DNA of 64,000 nucleotides from the NCBI GenBank assembly GCA_951406725.2, contig OX597832.1, positions 65,844,001 through 65,908,000 on the forward strand, in the 5' to 3' direction. Position 1 is the stretch's first letter, and the number at the start of each line of letters is the position of its first letter. The notes under the pieces are model-generated. The model saw only the letters and a list, made by a program, of their open reading frames with translations. It did not search any database and was not told the DNA's origin. Origin of the DNA: Octopus vulgaris. Lineage: Eukaryota. Of this stretch, positions 11,584-24,137 are shown piece after piece. The position numbers were made by a program, and so were the translations under genes.

Positions 11584-13306
11584 ATCCTTAAATCCTTAAA
11601 TCCTAAAAAATGTTTTAGCCCGAAGGCCACGGCCTTGCTGGGGCACCACCGCTGAATGAGCTACACTAATTTGTGAATCCACCTCTGATACGTGGCACTT
11701 GATCAACAAGGGAGTTCGATGCTGCTGCCCGCATCTGTGTCTCCTGTCGTGAGATAGGTTCATCTGGGACTCCCGACAAGAAGAGATCCAGTTTAGTTTT
11801 AAAGAAACCCACATCCACACCATGTAAGTCTCTCAGGCATTTAGGGAGGATGTTATAGAGGTGTGGTCCTCTGAAACCCAAGCTGTTGCAGTATCTGGAC
11901 CTGTATTTTGATGGTGATGTTGGAATCCTTGGCACCATGCAGTGGCGCCCCGTCCTGCGGTTGGGGTAACTTTGAATGCCAAAGTTTGGGACAAGACCCT
12001 CCAGGATTTTTCAGATGTATATCACCGCATATCTCTCCCGCCTCCGCTCTAGGGAGAAGAGGTTTAATACCTTCAGTCTTTCCCAGTAGCTGATATTTTG
12101 CATTGAGACGATTTTCTTTGTGTAGCTTCTCTGAATTGCTTCAAGTTCTCCTGTTAGTTTTATATTGTGTGGTGACCACAGTTGGGAGCAGTAGACCAAG
12201 CGGCTGAGGACGAATGTTTTCCATAGGACCATCAGTGTCTCCTTCTCTCTTGTTCTGAAAGTTCGGAGAATCCATCCAGCTAGCCGTCTGCATTTTATCA
12301 CCAGATTAGCAATATGCACTTGGAAAGATGCATCATTGCTCATGTCAATGCCCAGGTCACGCACTGATTTTGACTCAGGGATTGCAATTCTTCCTGGGCC
12401 AGTGTATCCAGTCTGCACGTCGTTTACCTTTGTGTGCCAGTAGCGCAGGGCCTGGAACTTACCTGCACTAAACTGCATGTTGTTGTCCTCAGCCCACCTG
12501 TATATTTTCAGGGATTTGTACTGCGTGGGAGACTTTTGTGCCATCTGCATAGCTAGCAAGGGTAGTCATCGTATCAACTGAAGACATGTCTGAAAGGGCC
12601 ACTATGAACATCAGTGGCCCCAAGGCAGTGCCCTGTGGGACACCGCTTTCTATTTGTGTTTCCTTGGAGGTGGCTCCATTGCTCACAGCTGCCTGTTTTC
12701 TGTCTTTTAGGAAGTTGTGCAGCCACTCTCCAAGTTTTCCGCCTATGCCGAAACCAGGCAGTTTGTGACAGATTATACCATGGTCGACCTTATCAAAGGC
12801 TTTTGCAAAGTCGAGATATATTACATCCACATTTGAGCCATTTAGTAGCTGTTTCAACACCCAGTCATAGTGTTGCAGGAGCTGTGTTAGGCAGCTTCTA
12901 CCTGGTCGAAATCCATGCTGGGTGTCAGACAGCAAGTCATTTTCTTCAAGGAACATGATTAGTTTCTTACGGACTATTCGTTCCATGACTTTGATGATGT
13001 GTGAGGTCAGAGATATAGGCCTATAATTTTTAGCATCTGCTCTGCTACCTCCCTTATGGATAGGGCATATTACCCCCTCTTTCAATTTGACTGGAAGCTT
13101 ACCCCTTGCAAGAAAGCTCTGAAAAAGAAGCTGTAGCGGTTTTGCAAGGGCTCGTTTGCACGATTTGAGAAGGATCGCTGGGAATCCATCAGGTCCAGCA
13201 GCTGAGTTTGTGTCAATCTCATCTATGACTAGTGTGATATCATCATCTTCGATGTTGATGTACTCAAATTTTGCCTCTTTGGCCGCAGGTAAAGTGGCAA
13301 AGAATT

Positions 13307-13307
<1 letters not shown>
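11584..13307 (-). mobile_element. 5'-truncated CR1-like LINE: RT and C-terminal region, frameshifted
   Basis: ORF fragments carry NYRPISLTS, QHGFRPGRSC, YLDFAKAFDKVDH, SGVPQGTALGP, YADG (mutated YADD) and YWERLKVLNLFSLERRRERY. The 3' end has octamer repeats (TTAAGGAT)n at 11584-11607. (TA)n lies on both flanks. Confidence 0.95.
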
Positions 13308-13364
<57 letters not shown>

Positions 13365-13367
<3 letters not shown>

Positions 13368-14065
13368 TTGCAGTATTGCCCGGCTCGTGCTCTCGTGCGT
13401 TCTGTGCACGCGCGAATTGAGCTAAACTTGGATGAAGTTCAATCAAAATTCAATTATTTTTTTAAAAAATCAAGCATTTAATGCCCTCTTTTTTTGCGCT
13501 TATGTGTTCCATTTCCTCAATATTTGTTGATCAAATAACTGCATTGTTGAATTATTCTTTTATATCAGTATTTCTCAACGGGGATTTCAGGGGAGAGTTA
13601 CATAGAGTCGCTGGCGATGTATCGTGATGATCAAAAATCGGGCCTGCTAAAATTTGGTTAAAGTGATTCAAACTGCAGACTCAACGCAAAATGTTCACAT
13701 TTAATTCAAAGCGTTAAAAATGTTATGAAAACAATTGGTATCTGTTCACAAATTCCAAACGATTAATGCGTAAAACCCCTCCAGGCTACATCCAGAAAAT
13801 TAATTTCTTTGCCGAATTTCTACAATCTTACAGCGATTCGTTTTAATATCTTGATTTTGTTTTATTTTTCATGCAATTTACGCATGCTGCACGCGTGGTG
13901 AACATAGTTCACGTCAAACAGCTGACTGTTCACTATTCAATGCATGGGATGATGCCTAAACAAACACATTATCGATTTTTGCACTTGCGATATGAATTTC
14001 GGAACAGAAATAGCGCAGTTCAATTTTCATTCGCCTAAACTTTAAGTGACCCATTTTTGGTGGTT
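13365..14065. mobile_element. Possible Helitron/Helentron-like non-autonomous repeat
   Basis: Starts tacttgcagtattgcccggctcgtgc straight after (TA)n, resembling TACTAG..CCCG starts of rolling-circle elements. No coding or 3' end evidence. Confidence 0.25.
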
Positions 14066-14161
14066 CTATGATTTGTTGGCTAGGAGATGTGCCAGGAAGT
14101 TAAACACACAGACACACACACAGAAACACACACAGACACACCCACATATACACAAGGTGAG

Positions 14162-14226
<65 letters not shown>

Positions 14227-14231
14227 TCTAT

Positions 14232-14395
14232 ATACGACGGATTCTTTCAGTTTCCGTAGACCGAATTCATTCACAAAGCTTTTGTGGGCCCGGGGCTATA
14301 GTAGAAGACACTTGTCCAAGGCGCCACGCAGCGGGATTGAACCTGGAACCATGTGGTTCGTAAGCAAGCTACTTGCCACACAGCCACTCTTGCGT
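14232..14395 (-). mobile_element. SINE family B, head and CORE-like region
   Basis: Reverse strand reads gagtggctgtgtggcaagtagcttgcttacgaaccacatggttccaggttcaatccc (A and B boxes) then ccttggacaagtgtcttctactatag. Confidence 0.9.
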
Positions 14396-15604
14396 CTCTG
14401 TCTAATTTCTGCAAGGGTGTGTCATTCTGTTCTTGTTGGAGGACTGAATACTTGTTGAAGATGCGCAGTTGATGAACTAAAAACAGTAAAATACTCAATC
14501 GTTTGACGATAGCTCATAGCACAGTGTATCTATCGCCGTTGATATTAGACATTTTAGGGAGAGGTACGGTCATTTATATGTCGTGTTCATTAATTCCCCT
14601 TCTTCTGTGAATGCAAAACCTATTGGAATTGTCCTCCATGTTAGAAACCAATTAAATATGTAACGGTTAATTATCAGCCGGCCCCAGACATTTCTCAAAT
14701 CTCTGTCGCTTTTCGAAATTTAGGAACACATATTTTTAGTATTGCTATGAGATGGACGGTCTAAAATATCAGAATACTGGACATAATATTTGGCATAAAT
14801 ATTTACATGCATCCATTTATAGTCCAAATTAATATCCCACTGTGGTTTCGCTTTGTATCTTAATCATGGAGAGGATAAACACAATTACCATTGAACCACT
14901 CGTAACTATTGATACGTTATCACGACGCCTGAACAATTTATGTCCTTCTGTGGAAGCTAAAAGAAAAAGCTTTTATGTAATTAGAATAATCACTTAACGG
15001 GAGATCTGATTTTTCGATTCCCAAATAGTATGAGATCATAGATTATTACCGCAAGAACATCATATATGTGTGTTGTGTGTGTCTATGTATGTCTTGTTAT
15101 GAAGGAAGTGATCCGACTGAGCCTATACAAATCATCACTATTGAATATCAATTAATTAATCGTAGATTCTTAATGGATGGACATTAGACGCGAAAGACAT
15201 TCCATGTTAATACTTATATGTTAAAGATTAACGGCATTGTTGGCGAAACGTTGTTACATTGATAAATACGTTGTCGGCGAATCAAGCACGCTTTGTCGTC
15301 TCAAGTAAAGTCGTTTCATCTCAATCTATTTTACTTTCTTCAGAGCTGCACATTTCACTTTTCACTCAAGGCAAACTAACAAAACACATCTAAAATATGG
15401 ATAGAAAAGCAAAATAAAAAACAAAACAAAATAGTCTACTTACTAAAAATGTACTTCCAAGAAACATACACACAAAACACACACACGTACACACGCATAA
15501 GTTATATAACTGTCAAAACAGAGAGATAACAAAAATCATACATCCAATATACACGCACACACAAACACACACGCACACACACAAACACACACGCACATAC
15601 ACAC

Positions 15605-15663
<59 letters not shown>

Positions 15664-15712
15664 CCTGTGTTGAGGTTTATTCTGCTGTTTATATCATCAA
15701 ACCTCACAAATA

Positions 15713-15940
15713 CACTAACCCGTCGACTATCGTGGAGGTACGTTCCAAAACCACCGCGATCAGTGAAAATCTGCGAATTTGAAACGGTAGAGTATCATAT
15801 ATATATGTACATATATTTAATTTTTTATAATTTGTATATATTTATTTCACTATAAATGCAAAACGACATCACGGAGGAATCGATGCAAGCTTAAATAATA
15901 AACCACAATAAGTGAACCGCGATATGGCGAGGTATTACTG
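15713..15940. mobile_element. Tigger/pogo-like MITE
   Basis: Imperfect TIRs TA|cactaacccgtcgactatcgtgg ... ccgcgatatggcgaggtattactg|TA with TA flanks and internal ccgcga repeats. Confidence 0.7.
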
Positions 15941-16179
15941 TATGTGTGTGTTGTGTGTGTTTGTGTGTGTGCGTGTGTATACTTCTCTATCCGTGTATCT
16001 GCGTGTTTCCAGGATGTTTCTGAAAAAGAATTATAGTTAATGCCTACGTGTCTGAGCAATATTCAACCAAATAAACTGTAACTCAGGGGCGGGTAATTCA
16101 TTAAATCGACTGGCCTCCTACCTAGAAACGTCGGGCCTTGTGTATAGAGTAGAAAAGAATGTGTGAGTTAGCTGGTGTA

Positions 16180-16230
<51 letters not shown>

Positions 16231-16639
16231 GCACACACATAAGGAATATGTATACATATATATATATATCTTCCTTTCTCTACTTCTTTTTCGCCCTTTC
16301 ACCGTTTCTCTCTCTCTCTCTTTCTTCTTTGCACTCTCTCGTTCGTCACACGTGAGCATCGTCCATCTTTCTTCACCGCACGTGATCATCATTATTTTCC
16401 TTCAGTCGCACTTTTATCTGTCTCCTCTTCTATCTTTTCTATTGTCAAAGAAAATATTCCTCCACCTTTCGCTACCTTACCCCGTCTGGTTTATTGGTCC
16501 ACCATGTTTTTTTGTTAAATTTGGTTTGTTGTATGTCTCCACTGTCCTGTTTTTGTTAACAACTCTTACCCTCCACAAATCCCAAATTTCATTTTGGTTC
16601 GCGAGAGCAACTGCCTTTCAAAGCCTCATATTGTCGTTA

Positions 16640-16805
16640 AATGCTCGAAATGAGAAGTAGATGAACAGCCTACAACTGATGAAGAGTCGTTCAACATGTT
16701 ATATGTCTGGTTTTGCATTTGTTTCTCTCGTTGTTTGCATAAACAAGTTTTTCTTCGCATTTCATGTTGTTTACGTTTTGTGACCTCTTGTACCCATATA
16801 TGCAC
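16640..16805 (+). repeat. Dispersed repeat family D, homologous to 45015-45208 on the minus strand
   Basis: Shared blocks gaaa..agtagatgaa..actgaNgaag, tgttatatgtc, ggttttg and tgtacccatatatgca. Confidence 0.65.
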
Positions 16806-16902
16806 ATATATGTATACATATATGTATGTATATATGCATATATACATACACACACACATATATATATATATATACATATGTTATATATATATATATATGT
16901 TA

Positions 16903-16952
<50 letters not shown>

Positions 16953-17000
16953 CAATAATAAATCTCTGAACGAGGTATAAACAGTAACTGCACGACAATA

Positions 17001-17063
17001 TGAGGTATATTTGCCATACCCACCCTTACTGGTTAACCATATTGAGATGGCAAATATACCTCA
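17001..17063. repeat. Hairpin with perfect 17-bp arms
   Basis: tgaggtatatttgccat (17001-17017) pairs with atggcaaatatacctca (17047-17063). Confidence 0.9.
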
Positions 17064-17067
17064 CACA

Positions 17068-17106
<39 letters not shown>

Positions 17107-18759
17107 CTAGTTTGAAATGGGTATTTGAAATTCTGAATTACTTACTGATGCCAGCCTCACCCCTTAAAACTCTCAATCAAATAGAAACGATACATATTTG
17201 TCACCCGACCATTTACATAAGTAGTTGAAAGCTATTATATGTTCGTCTGTTATAAATTTTCATAAAGTGACATGTCATAATATCACCATTATACATTATT
17301 ATATACAGCATTTATTTGTAGTTTGTATGTGTTTAATGCTAAAGCAGTCGAGGAATGACAGAACTGCAGTTGTGCTGAATAATATTGCGGTATTTGCATC
17401 ATATACACATTATGGTCGCATATATGTGACATGCAGAAGAGATACAGCGAATGTCAGAGGAAGTCGTTAAAAGCATCACAAAGAAGGGAAAATATATATA
17501 CTTGGAAATTTATTGTATGACTATTAGAAATAGCAGTCAAATTACTATGAATCCTCATCTTCTGGAAAAGAAGACGAAAACGCCGTGTATGTTGGTCAAG
17601 AAATAAATTTGAATTTATTGTATTCTCAACAAAGTATGATTTACGACTAAACGCCCACAACAACCTCCCATGTTTAGTGCTATAATTTTCGATGCAAACA
17701 TTCATTCACAGAAATATGATGTCTTTATTATCCGTTCAGTTAACATCTACTGTGCGGATAATATTGTCTTTGAATATTAGTACAAAATCAATAGTTTTGA
17801 TGGATAGCAATCTAAACCCTGACCCTAGTAGAAAACCGGCACTGGCATTTTAACGATCCCACAGGTATAAGAAGCAATGTTTACTTCTTAAAGAGTCGGC
17901 CAAAATACAACAAAGCATTTTGTCTGGTACTCTAACACTTCTGCCAATCCCAAATCCTTATCATGTAGATCTTAATTTTGTTATAATACAAGCGGCTTCG
18001 GGTTTCTGTCTTTAATTCATTGTGTTATTTATCTAATTAACTAACATCTTCTTCTTTGATGAAGTTTTCGTTTTATTATTGGCCTTCCTCACAATCCATT
18101 ACATTAATTAAATCAAGCACTATCGGTCAGAGATCCTCTGGAGAAATTTATCAATATTCAAATCAAATCTTTTTGTGGAATTGTTACTACTATTTCCTTA
18201 TGTTTTTGGTTCATCCATATTGGAACTGCTAGCTGTCACTCACTACCAAGTATGGCTTGGTATACTGTAATATACTTTCGCTAATGGTTTATTCAGATTA
18301 GAAGAGAAGTAACCAAACTCTCTACCTGGCCGAATATCGAGGCTGTGACAACAGGAGGGATGGATGCCTCATAACTAAGTTGGCACCAAAATATAGCAGA
18401 GCACTATAGAAGAACATCAGGTGTAGTATATTGCTCGAGAACAGAATCGAACTTCTTATGATCTGGGACATTAACCACTTGGCCATGTAATGTTGCTTTA
18501 CTTTATTTGAGTCATATGGAGATTGTCAGCAGAAAATCAAAACCCATTATTTATGTCGAATTACTTGGAAGTTCTCTAGGTAGTAGAGAGGAGATGATGG
18601 CTGTTTCGGTTGGATACAAACGTGGATTAAACTGACAATAAACATTTCCATCAGCAATTTATTCTGTGCCGAATATAGGAGATTATATTATTCGGAAGAA
18701 AATAGATGCCATATCATAAGCGAAAACATATTTTTAAAATATTTTTTATTCGAAATGGA

Positions 18760-19185
18760 AAGCAGAGCGTATGCGTCGTCATAGATCTTCCGCGGCAGGT
18801 GAAAATAATGAGAATTTATCATCAAATCCGAAACGTGGTTCGAATGCATGCAACCCAAAGACATCGACATTCAAGATGCCAAGTGATGGTGGTAAACGGT
18901 GGTGGGCATCGGTGGTGGGCAATGGTGATGGTGGGCAACAGATTAAGCCTATCATCCAAGCAAGAGACCGAAGAAATACTGGACGGCGTCCGCTCCATCC
19001 GCACACATATATTTGGTCTTTTTATTGAACCCCTGCAAGAAGGAAAAGCCCTATTACTGAACGTGAGGAATTGAAGAAACAATGGATTTTACAAATGAGG
19101 AAGAAATTGAATGCCTAATGGCAGGAAATGGCATGGTTTATGAACTGTATAACTGCCTCTGGTGGTGATATCTACTGAAAATATT
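18760..19185 (+). mobile_element. Decayed mariner transposase fragment
   Basis: PKTSTFKMPSDGGKRWWASVV resembles PKKFK..PSAGKVMASVFW. Downstream APS..IFG and a CI..gGD-like C-terminus appear across frames. Confidence 0.55.
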
Positions 19186-19627
19186 CGAAATATTATATTA
19201 TTTGTAACACTATACTTTCTATTCCATTTTCAGTGATTGGTAATTTGTTGTACCACTTAAATTCTTTATAGGGATGTCCTCATTATCAGTTTGCCAAACT
19301 TCAGATCAAGTCATCATTGTAAAGACTGTAGCCGGCATGTTTTAAGAACAAAAGCATGTAAGTTTTAGCATACGCCAGAACTGTATGGAAAAGATATCAT
19401 CAGGTTCAACCATAATTCAGTTAGTATTGAATTTAAAGATAACGAATTGAGGTTTTTTCAATACGAATTGATGACTAGCAGGGCGGAAAGTAAATTACAT
19501 CTGCGTTAACATTGTTATTGAACCAGCGTTAGACAATGCCGATAGCTTCAGCAATATATTTACATCGTATGAATTACTTTATCGAAATCCCACTGACGAA
19601 GTCCTTAATCATATATAGATAAACACA

Positions 19628-19678
<51 letters not shown>

Positions 19679-20094
19679 TACACACATCTATATGTATGTC
19701 TGTACGTATAAATGCATGCGTGTTTGTATATACGTATCTATCAATCGATATCTATACATATGTATATAAATATGCGTAATTGTGTGTGTGTATGTGTGTG
19801 TGTTTAGATTGATACGCATACGCGGCCTTCAGTTCAAATGTGACTAGGTGAAATTTACGAACGTAAGATAAAAGGGAGACTCCCGACAACTTCCAAATTG
19901 TATTGCTGCGGAATTGTCAGATTCGACGTTATTTCAAGCCATACTATCTGTCATATATTATTCATTGCGGAGTCTATAAACAAATAATACAATCAGTCAC
20001 CGAATGACACGAATAAAATATATTATAGGTAAATATTTATGGCGAAATATGAATGGAGACGTATTCGCAAATATCTCATTCACTATTCTCCCAC

Positions 20095-20442
20095 AAGAGA
20101 GAGAGAGAGAGATAGAGAGAGAGGAGGAAGGAAAGAGAAAGAGAGAGAAAAGAGGAAAGAGAAATAGAGAAAGTGAGAGATAAAAAGAGAAAGAAAGAGA
20201 GAGAGAGAGTGGGAGAGAAAAAGAGAAAGAATGAGAGACAGAGAGGAAGTGAGAAAGAGAAAGAAAGAGGGGTGGAAAGAGAAAGAAAAAGTAGGAGAAA
20301 GAAAGACAAAGCAGAGAGAGAGAGAAGGATGGAGAGAGAAAGAGAAAGGAAGAAAGATGGACAAGGAGATACAGCGAGAGAGAGAGAATAGAGAGAGAGA
20401 GAGAGAGAGAGAGAAGAGTAGAATGATAAAGAAAGGGAGAGA
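20095..20442. repeat. Polypurine (GA-rich) low-complexity tract
   Basis: About 350 bp of almost only G and A on the plus strand. Confidence 0.95.
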
Positions 20443-20713
20443 TACCCGAATATACACATGCAAATTCACACGCACATACGCGCATGATTGTGCACAAATA
20501 TTAAGGCTGTATATGCGCGAACGCACACACACTACATATTGTAAAGTCAATGAAAAATGTAGAGTGAAAAGTGTGTCGAAAGAAGAACATCCAACGTTTC
20601 GGACAAAGTTCTTCTTCGAGGTAAGTTGAAATGGGAGAAACTAATGGGACACAACAGAGTTTTACATTCATGAAATCTGCTTGGCTATATATATATATAC
20701 ATATTTATATCTA

Positions 20714-20772
<59 letters not shown>

Positions 20773-20842
20773 ATATATATATATCTATATATATATATAT
20801 ATATACATACATATATATACATATATACATATACATATATAT

Positions 20843-20878
<36 letters not shown>

Positions 20879-20881
20879 GTA

Positions 20882-21070
20882 TACTCTTTACTCTTTTACT
20901 TGTTTCAATCATTTGACTGTGTCCATGTTGGAGCACCGACTTTAGCCGAGCAAATCGACCCGAGGACTTATTCTATCGGTCTCTTTTGCCGAACCGCTAG
21001 GTTACGGGGAGCTAAACACACCAGCATCGGTTGTCAAGCGATACTGGTTGGACAAACACAGACACACAAT

Positions 21071-21133
<63 letters not shown>

Positions 21134-21332
21134 GTATATATACATATATATATACATATACATATACATATATACGACAGGCTTCTTTCAGTTTCTGTCT
21201 ACCAAATCCATTGACAAGGCTTTGGTCGGCCCGATGCTATAGTAGAAGACACTTGCCCAAGGTGCAACGCAGTGAGACTGAACCCGGAACCATGTGGTTG
21301 GTGAGCAAGCTACTTATCACACAGCCACTCCT
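20882..21332 (-). mobile_element. Full-length SINE family B: tRNA head, CORE-like block, internal (TA)/(TG) microsatellite, LINE-like tail
   Basis: Head ggagtggctgtgtg at ~21330, B box gggttcagtc, internal (CA)n at ~21073-21128, and tail ending in aaaagagtaaagagta. Confidence 0.95.
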
Positions 21333-21595
21333 AGGCCTATATATATATATATATATATATGTATGTAAATACATGCCAATGAGAATTCTATGAAGATTGC
21401 GGAGTATATGTATTGATGAGTATGAAATTCACTCTGTGCTAGGGCCCTTCACCGTAGGCAATTTTATAATGGTCTATGGTTAAGGACCCTGATGGAACTC
21501 CGCCGACCATAATACTAGGTTGCATAATCAACAATGTGCAGTCACTGCAGATGAAATACGTGTAGGTCTGGAAGATAATATGCCGTAAATATCTC

Positions 21596-21985
21596 TTTAC
21601 TGTTTACTCTTTTACTTGCTTCAGCTAGTTGACTGTGGTCATGCTGGAGCACCACCTTTTGTCCAGCAAATCGACCCCAGGACTTATTCTTTGTAAGCCT
21701 AGCACTTATTCTATTGATTTTTTTCCGAATCATTAAGTTGCGGGGACGTAAACACACCAGCATCGGTTGTCATGCGATGTTGGGTGGAGCAAACACAGAC
21801 ACACAAACATACACACACACACACATATATGCATATATACGACGGGCTTCTTTCAGTTTCCGTCTACCAAATCCACTCACGAGGCTGTAGTAGAAAACAC
21901 TTGCCCAAGTTGCCACGTAGTGGGACTGAACCCGAAACCATGTGGCTGGTAAGCAAGCTACTTACCACACAGCCACTCCTACGCC
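21596..21985 (-). mobile_element. Full-length SINE family B
   Basis: Same architecture as 20882-21332 with a shorter internal (CA)n. Confidence 0.95.
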
Positions 21986-22024
21986 GTCAGTTGAATAAAA
22001 TAATGAATTTGAAAAAATCACTCT

Positions 22025-22192
22025 CTTAGCGGTATTTCGCCCGTCGCTACGTTTTCAGTTCAAATTCCGCCGAGGTTGACTTTGCATTTCACCCTTTCGG
22101 AGTCGGTAATTTAAGTACTATTTGAGTACTGAGGTGAATGTAATCGACTAGTCCCCTCCATCAAATTTCAGCCCTTGTGACTATAGTAGAAA
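22025..22192 (+). mobile_element. SINE family A, 5'-truncated
   Basis: cttagcggtatttcg...ttcaaattccgccgaggttgactttgc...cctttcggagtcg. Confidence 0.85.
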
Positions 22193-22397
22193 TAATATTA
22201 TTATTATTTATTTCTCTACAGAAAATATACACCCCTGAGCAGGACACATGGAATTACACAGCCGGAGAGGTTACAAGGTCCTAAAAGTGCATTGTAAGCT
22301 CGAGTACCATATACGAGCCGTTGTGGTTAATCGGCACCTGAAACCGACTTGAGAGGAATGAGGTAACTGCCAGAATATATGTATATATATATAATAT

Positions 22398-22631
22398 AAT
22401 CCTTATTATTCAATTATACATACATACATACATACATACACACAAGCACACACACACACAAACATAAACACACACACACACACACATATATATATGTGTG
22501 TGTGTGTGTGTGTGTCTCTGTGTGTCTGTGTGTGTGTGTGTGTGCTTATGTTTGTGTATGTGTGTGTTTGTGTGTATGTATGTATGTATGTATGTATGTA
22601 TGTATGTATGTATAATTGAATAAATAGGATT
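22398..22631. repeat. Foldback palindrome centred on a short (TA)n
   Basis: aatccttattattcaattatacatac... mirrors ...gtatgtataattgaataaataggatt, and the inner interruptions are mirrored too (caaacataa / ttatgtttg). Confidence 0.85.
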
Positions 22632-23184
22632 TGCTAGAATCTCGGCAAGTCAACACGTGGGGCGCCCGAAAATGCTAGGTATAATAACACTGAACCCAGA
22701 ATGAGATAGACAACACTGAAGTCATTAAGAGTTCGTAGGGTATTTTTGTTTTTAGATATATACAAGTACCAAATGCAGTTTAAATCATTTAACCTTGGTG
22801 TGACCTACGTATAGAAATTAAACACAAACTTTTAAAATTTATTGCAGCTATTTCTGTAGAATCTTCTTTCTGCGTTCACAGAAGATTCCCTCTTAACATA
22901 CAATCCGCCATCATCAAGTAAAGTTTTGCACAAGTAAGATTCAAAGTAGTGGCGATTTCTTACATCAGTTTAGGCAATGCGTTGAATTCTAGACCAACAC
23001 AAACTACTGACGGTTGTTGCTGCGACGCAATGGTCCATCCTTCAGGGAGAATGTATGAATTCCTGTCATTTACACGTCGTGAAAACCGAACAACTGGACT
23101 TACGAGAATTAGGATGTAAAACATTTATGCCATGGGCTTGGTAATGATTATTATATGTACTACATTTATCTATATGAATTAAAT

Positions 23185-23985
23185 TGAACTAGTTTCATCT
23201 CACGAGCTGTGGCCATGCTGGGGCACTGCCATTTCGTGTTGCTACATAATTTTTACTTCACTAATTCTTTCTAGAACTTGACATTTGGTGCATGAATGTG
23301 TTTGACGCCGCTGCCCTCATTTGAACTTCCTGCTATGAAGCTGGTTCATCTGGGAGACTTGACAGCAAGATATCTAGTTTCGTTTTGAAAAGACTTACAT
23401 TCACCCTATACAAGTCTCTCAGCTCCTTAGGGAGGATATTGAAGAGCTGTGGACGTTTAAAGCCCCGGCTGTTGCAATATCTTCTATATCTTTATGGCGA
23501 ATTTGGAGTATTTCGCACTATGTAGTGGCGCCCCGTACTAGCGTTAGTGCATCTCCCAATGCCAGAGTGTGGAATACGTACCTCCAGGATCTGGAGTGCA
23601 ACTCTCCAATGCCAAAGTTTGGAATACGTACCTCCATATGTATGTTATGGCATATCTTTTCCGCCTACATGAGTAGAGTCAAAATTTCTTGGGTCTTTCT
23701 CAGTAGCATATATGTTGTATAGAGGCTATCTTCGTGTAGCTTCGTTGGATTGCCTCTAAGTTCTGCAATTAATTTTACACTTATTAGTGACCATAGCTAG
23801 GAGCAAGAGTGAAAGTGGCTTAGGAAAAATGTCAACCAGAGGACCACAATGGTTTCCTGATCAGAGGACTATAATGGTTTAAAAAATTCTAACAATCTAT
23901 CAGGTCAGCCGCCTGCATTTCATTGCCAAATTAAAAACATGCACATGGAAGGATGCCTCATTACTCATGTAAAAGCCCATATATT
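23185..23985 (-). mobile_element. Second, older CR1-like LINE 3' fragment
   Basis: Homologous to 11610-12360: MSNEASFHVHVFNLAMKCRRL versus MSNDASFQVHIANLVIKCRRL, ttagggaggatattgaagagctgtgg, and tail ggccatgctggggcactgcc. Confidence 0.9.
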
Positions 23986-24070
23986 TTAATTCACAAATGT
24001 GCACATCTATCTGTCTGTCTCTCTCTATATATATTATATACAGATATATATATATACAAATAGATGCATA

Positions 24071-24137
<67 letters not shown>

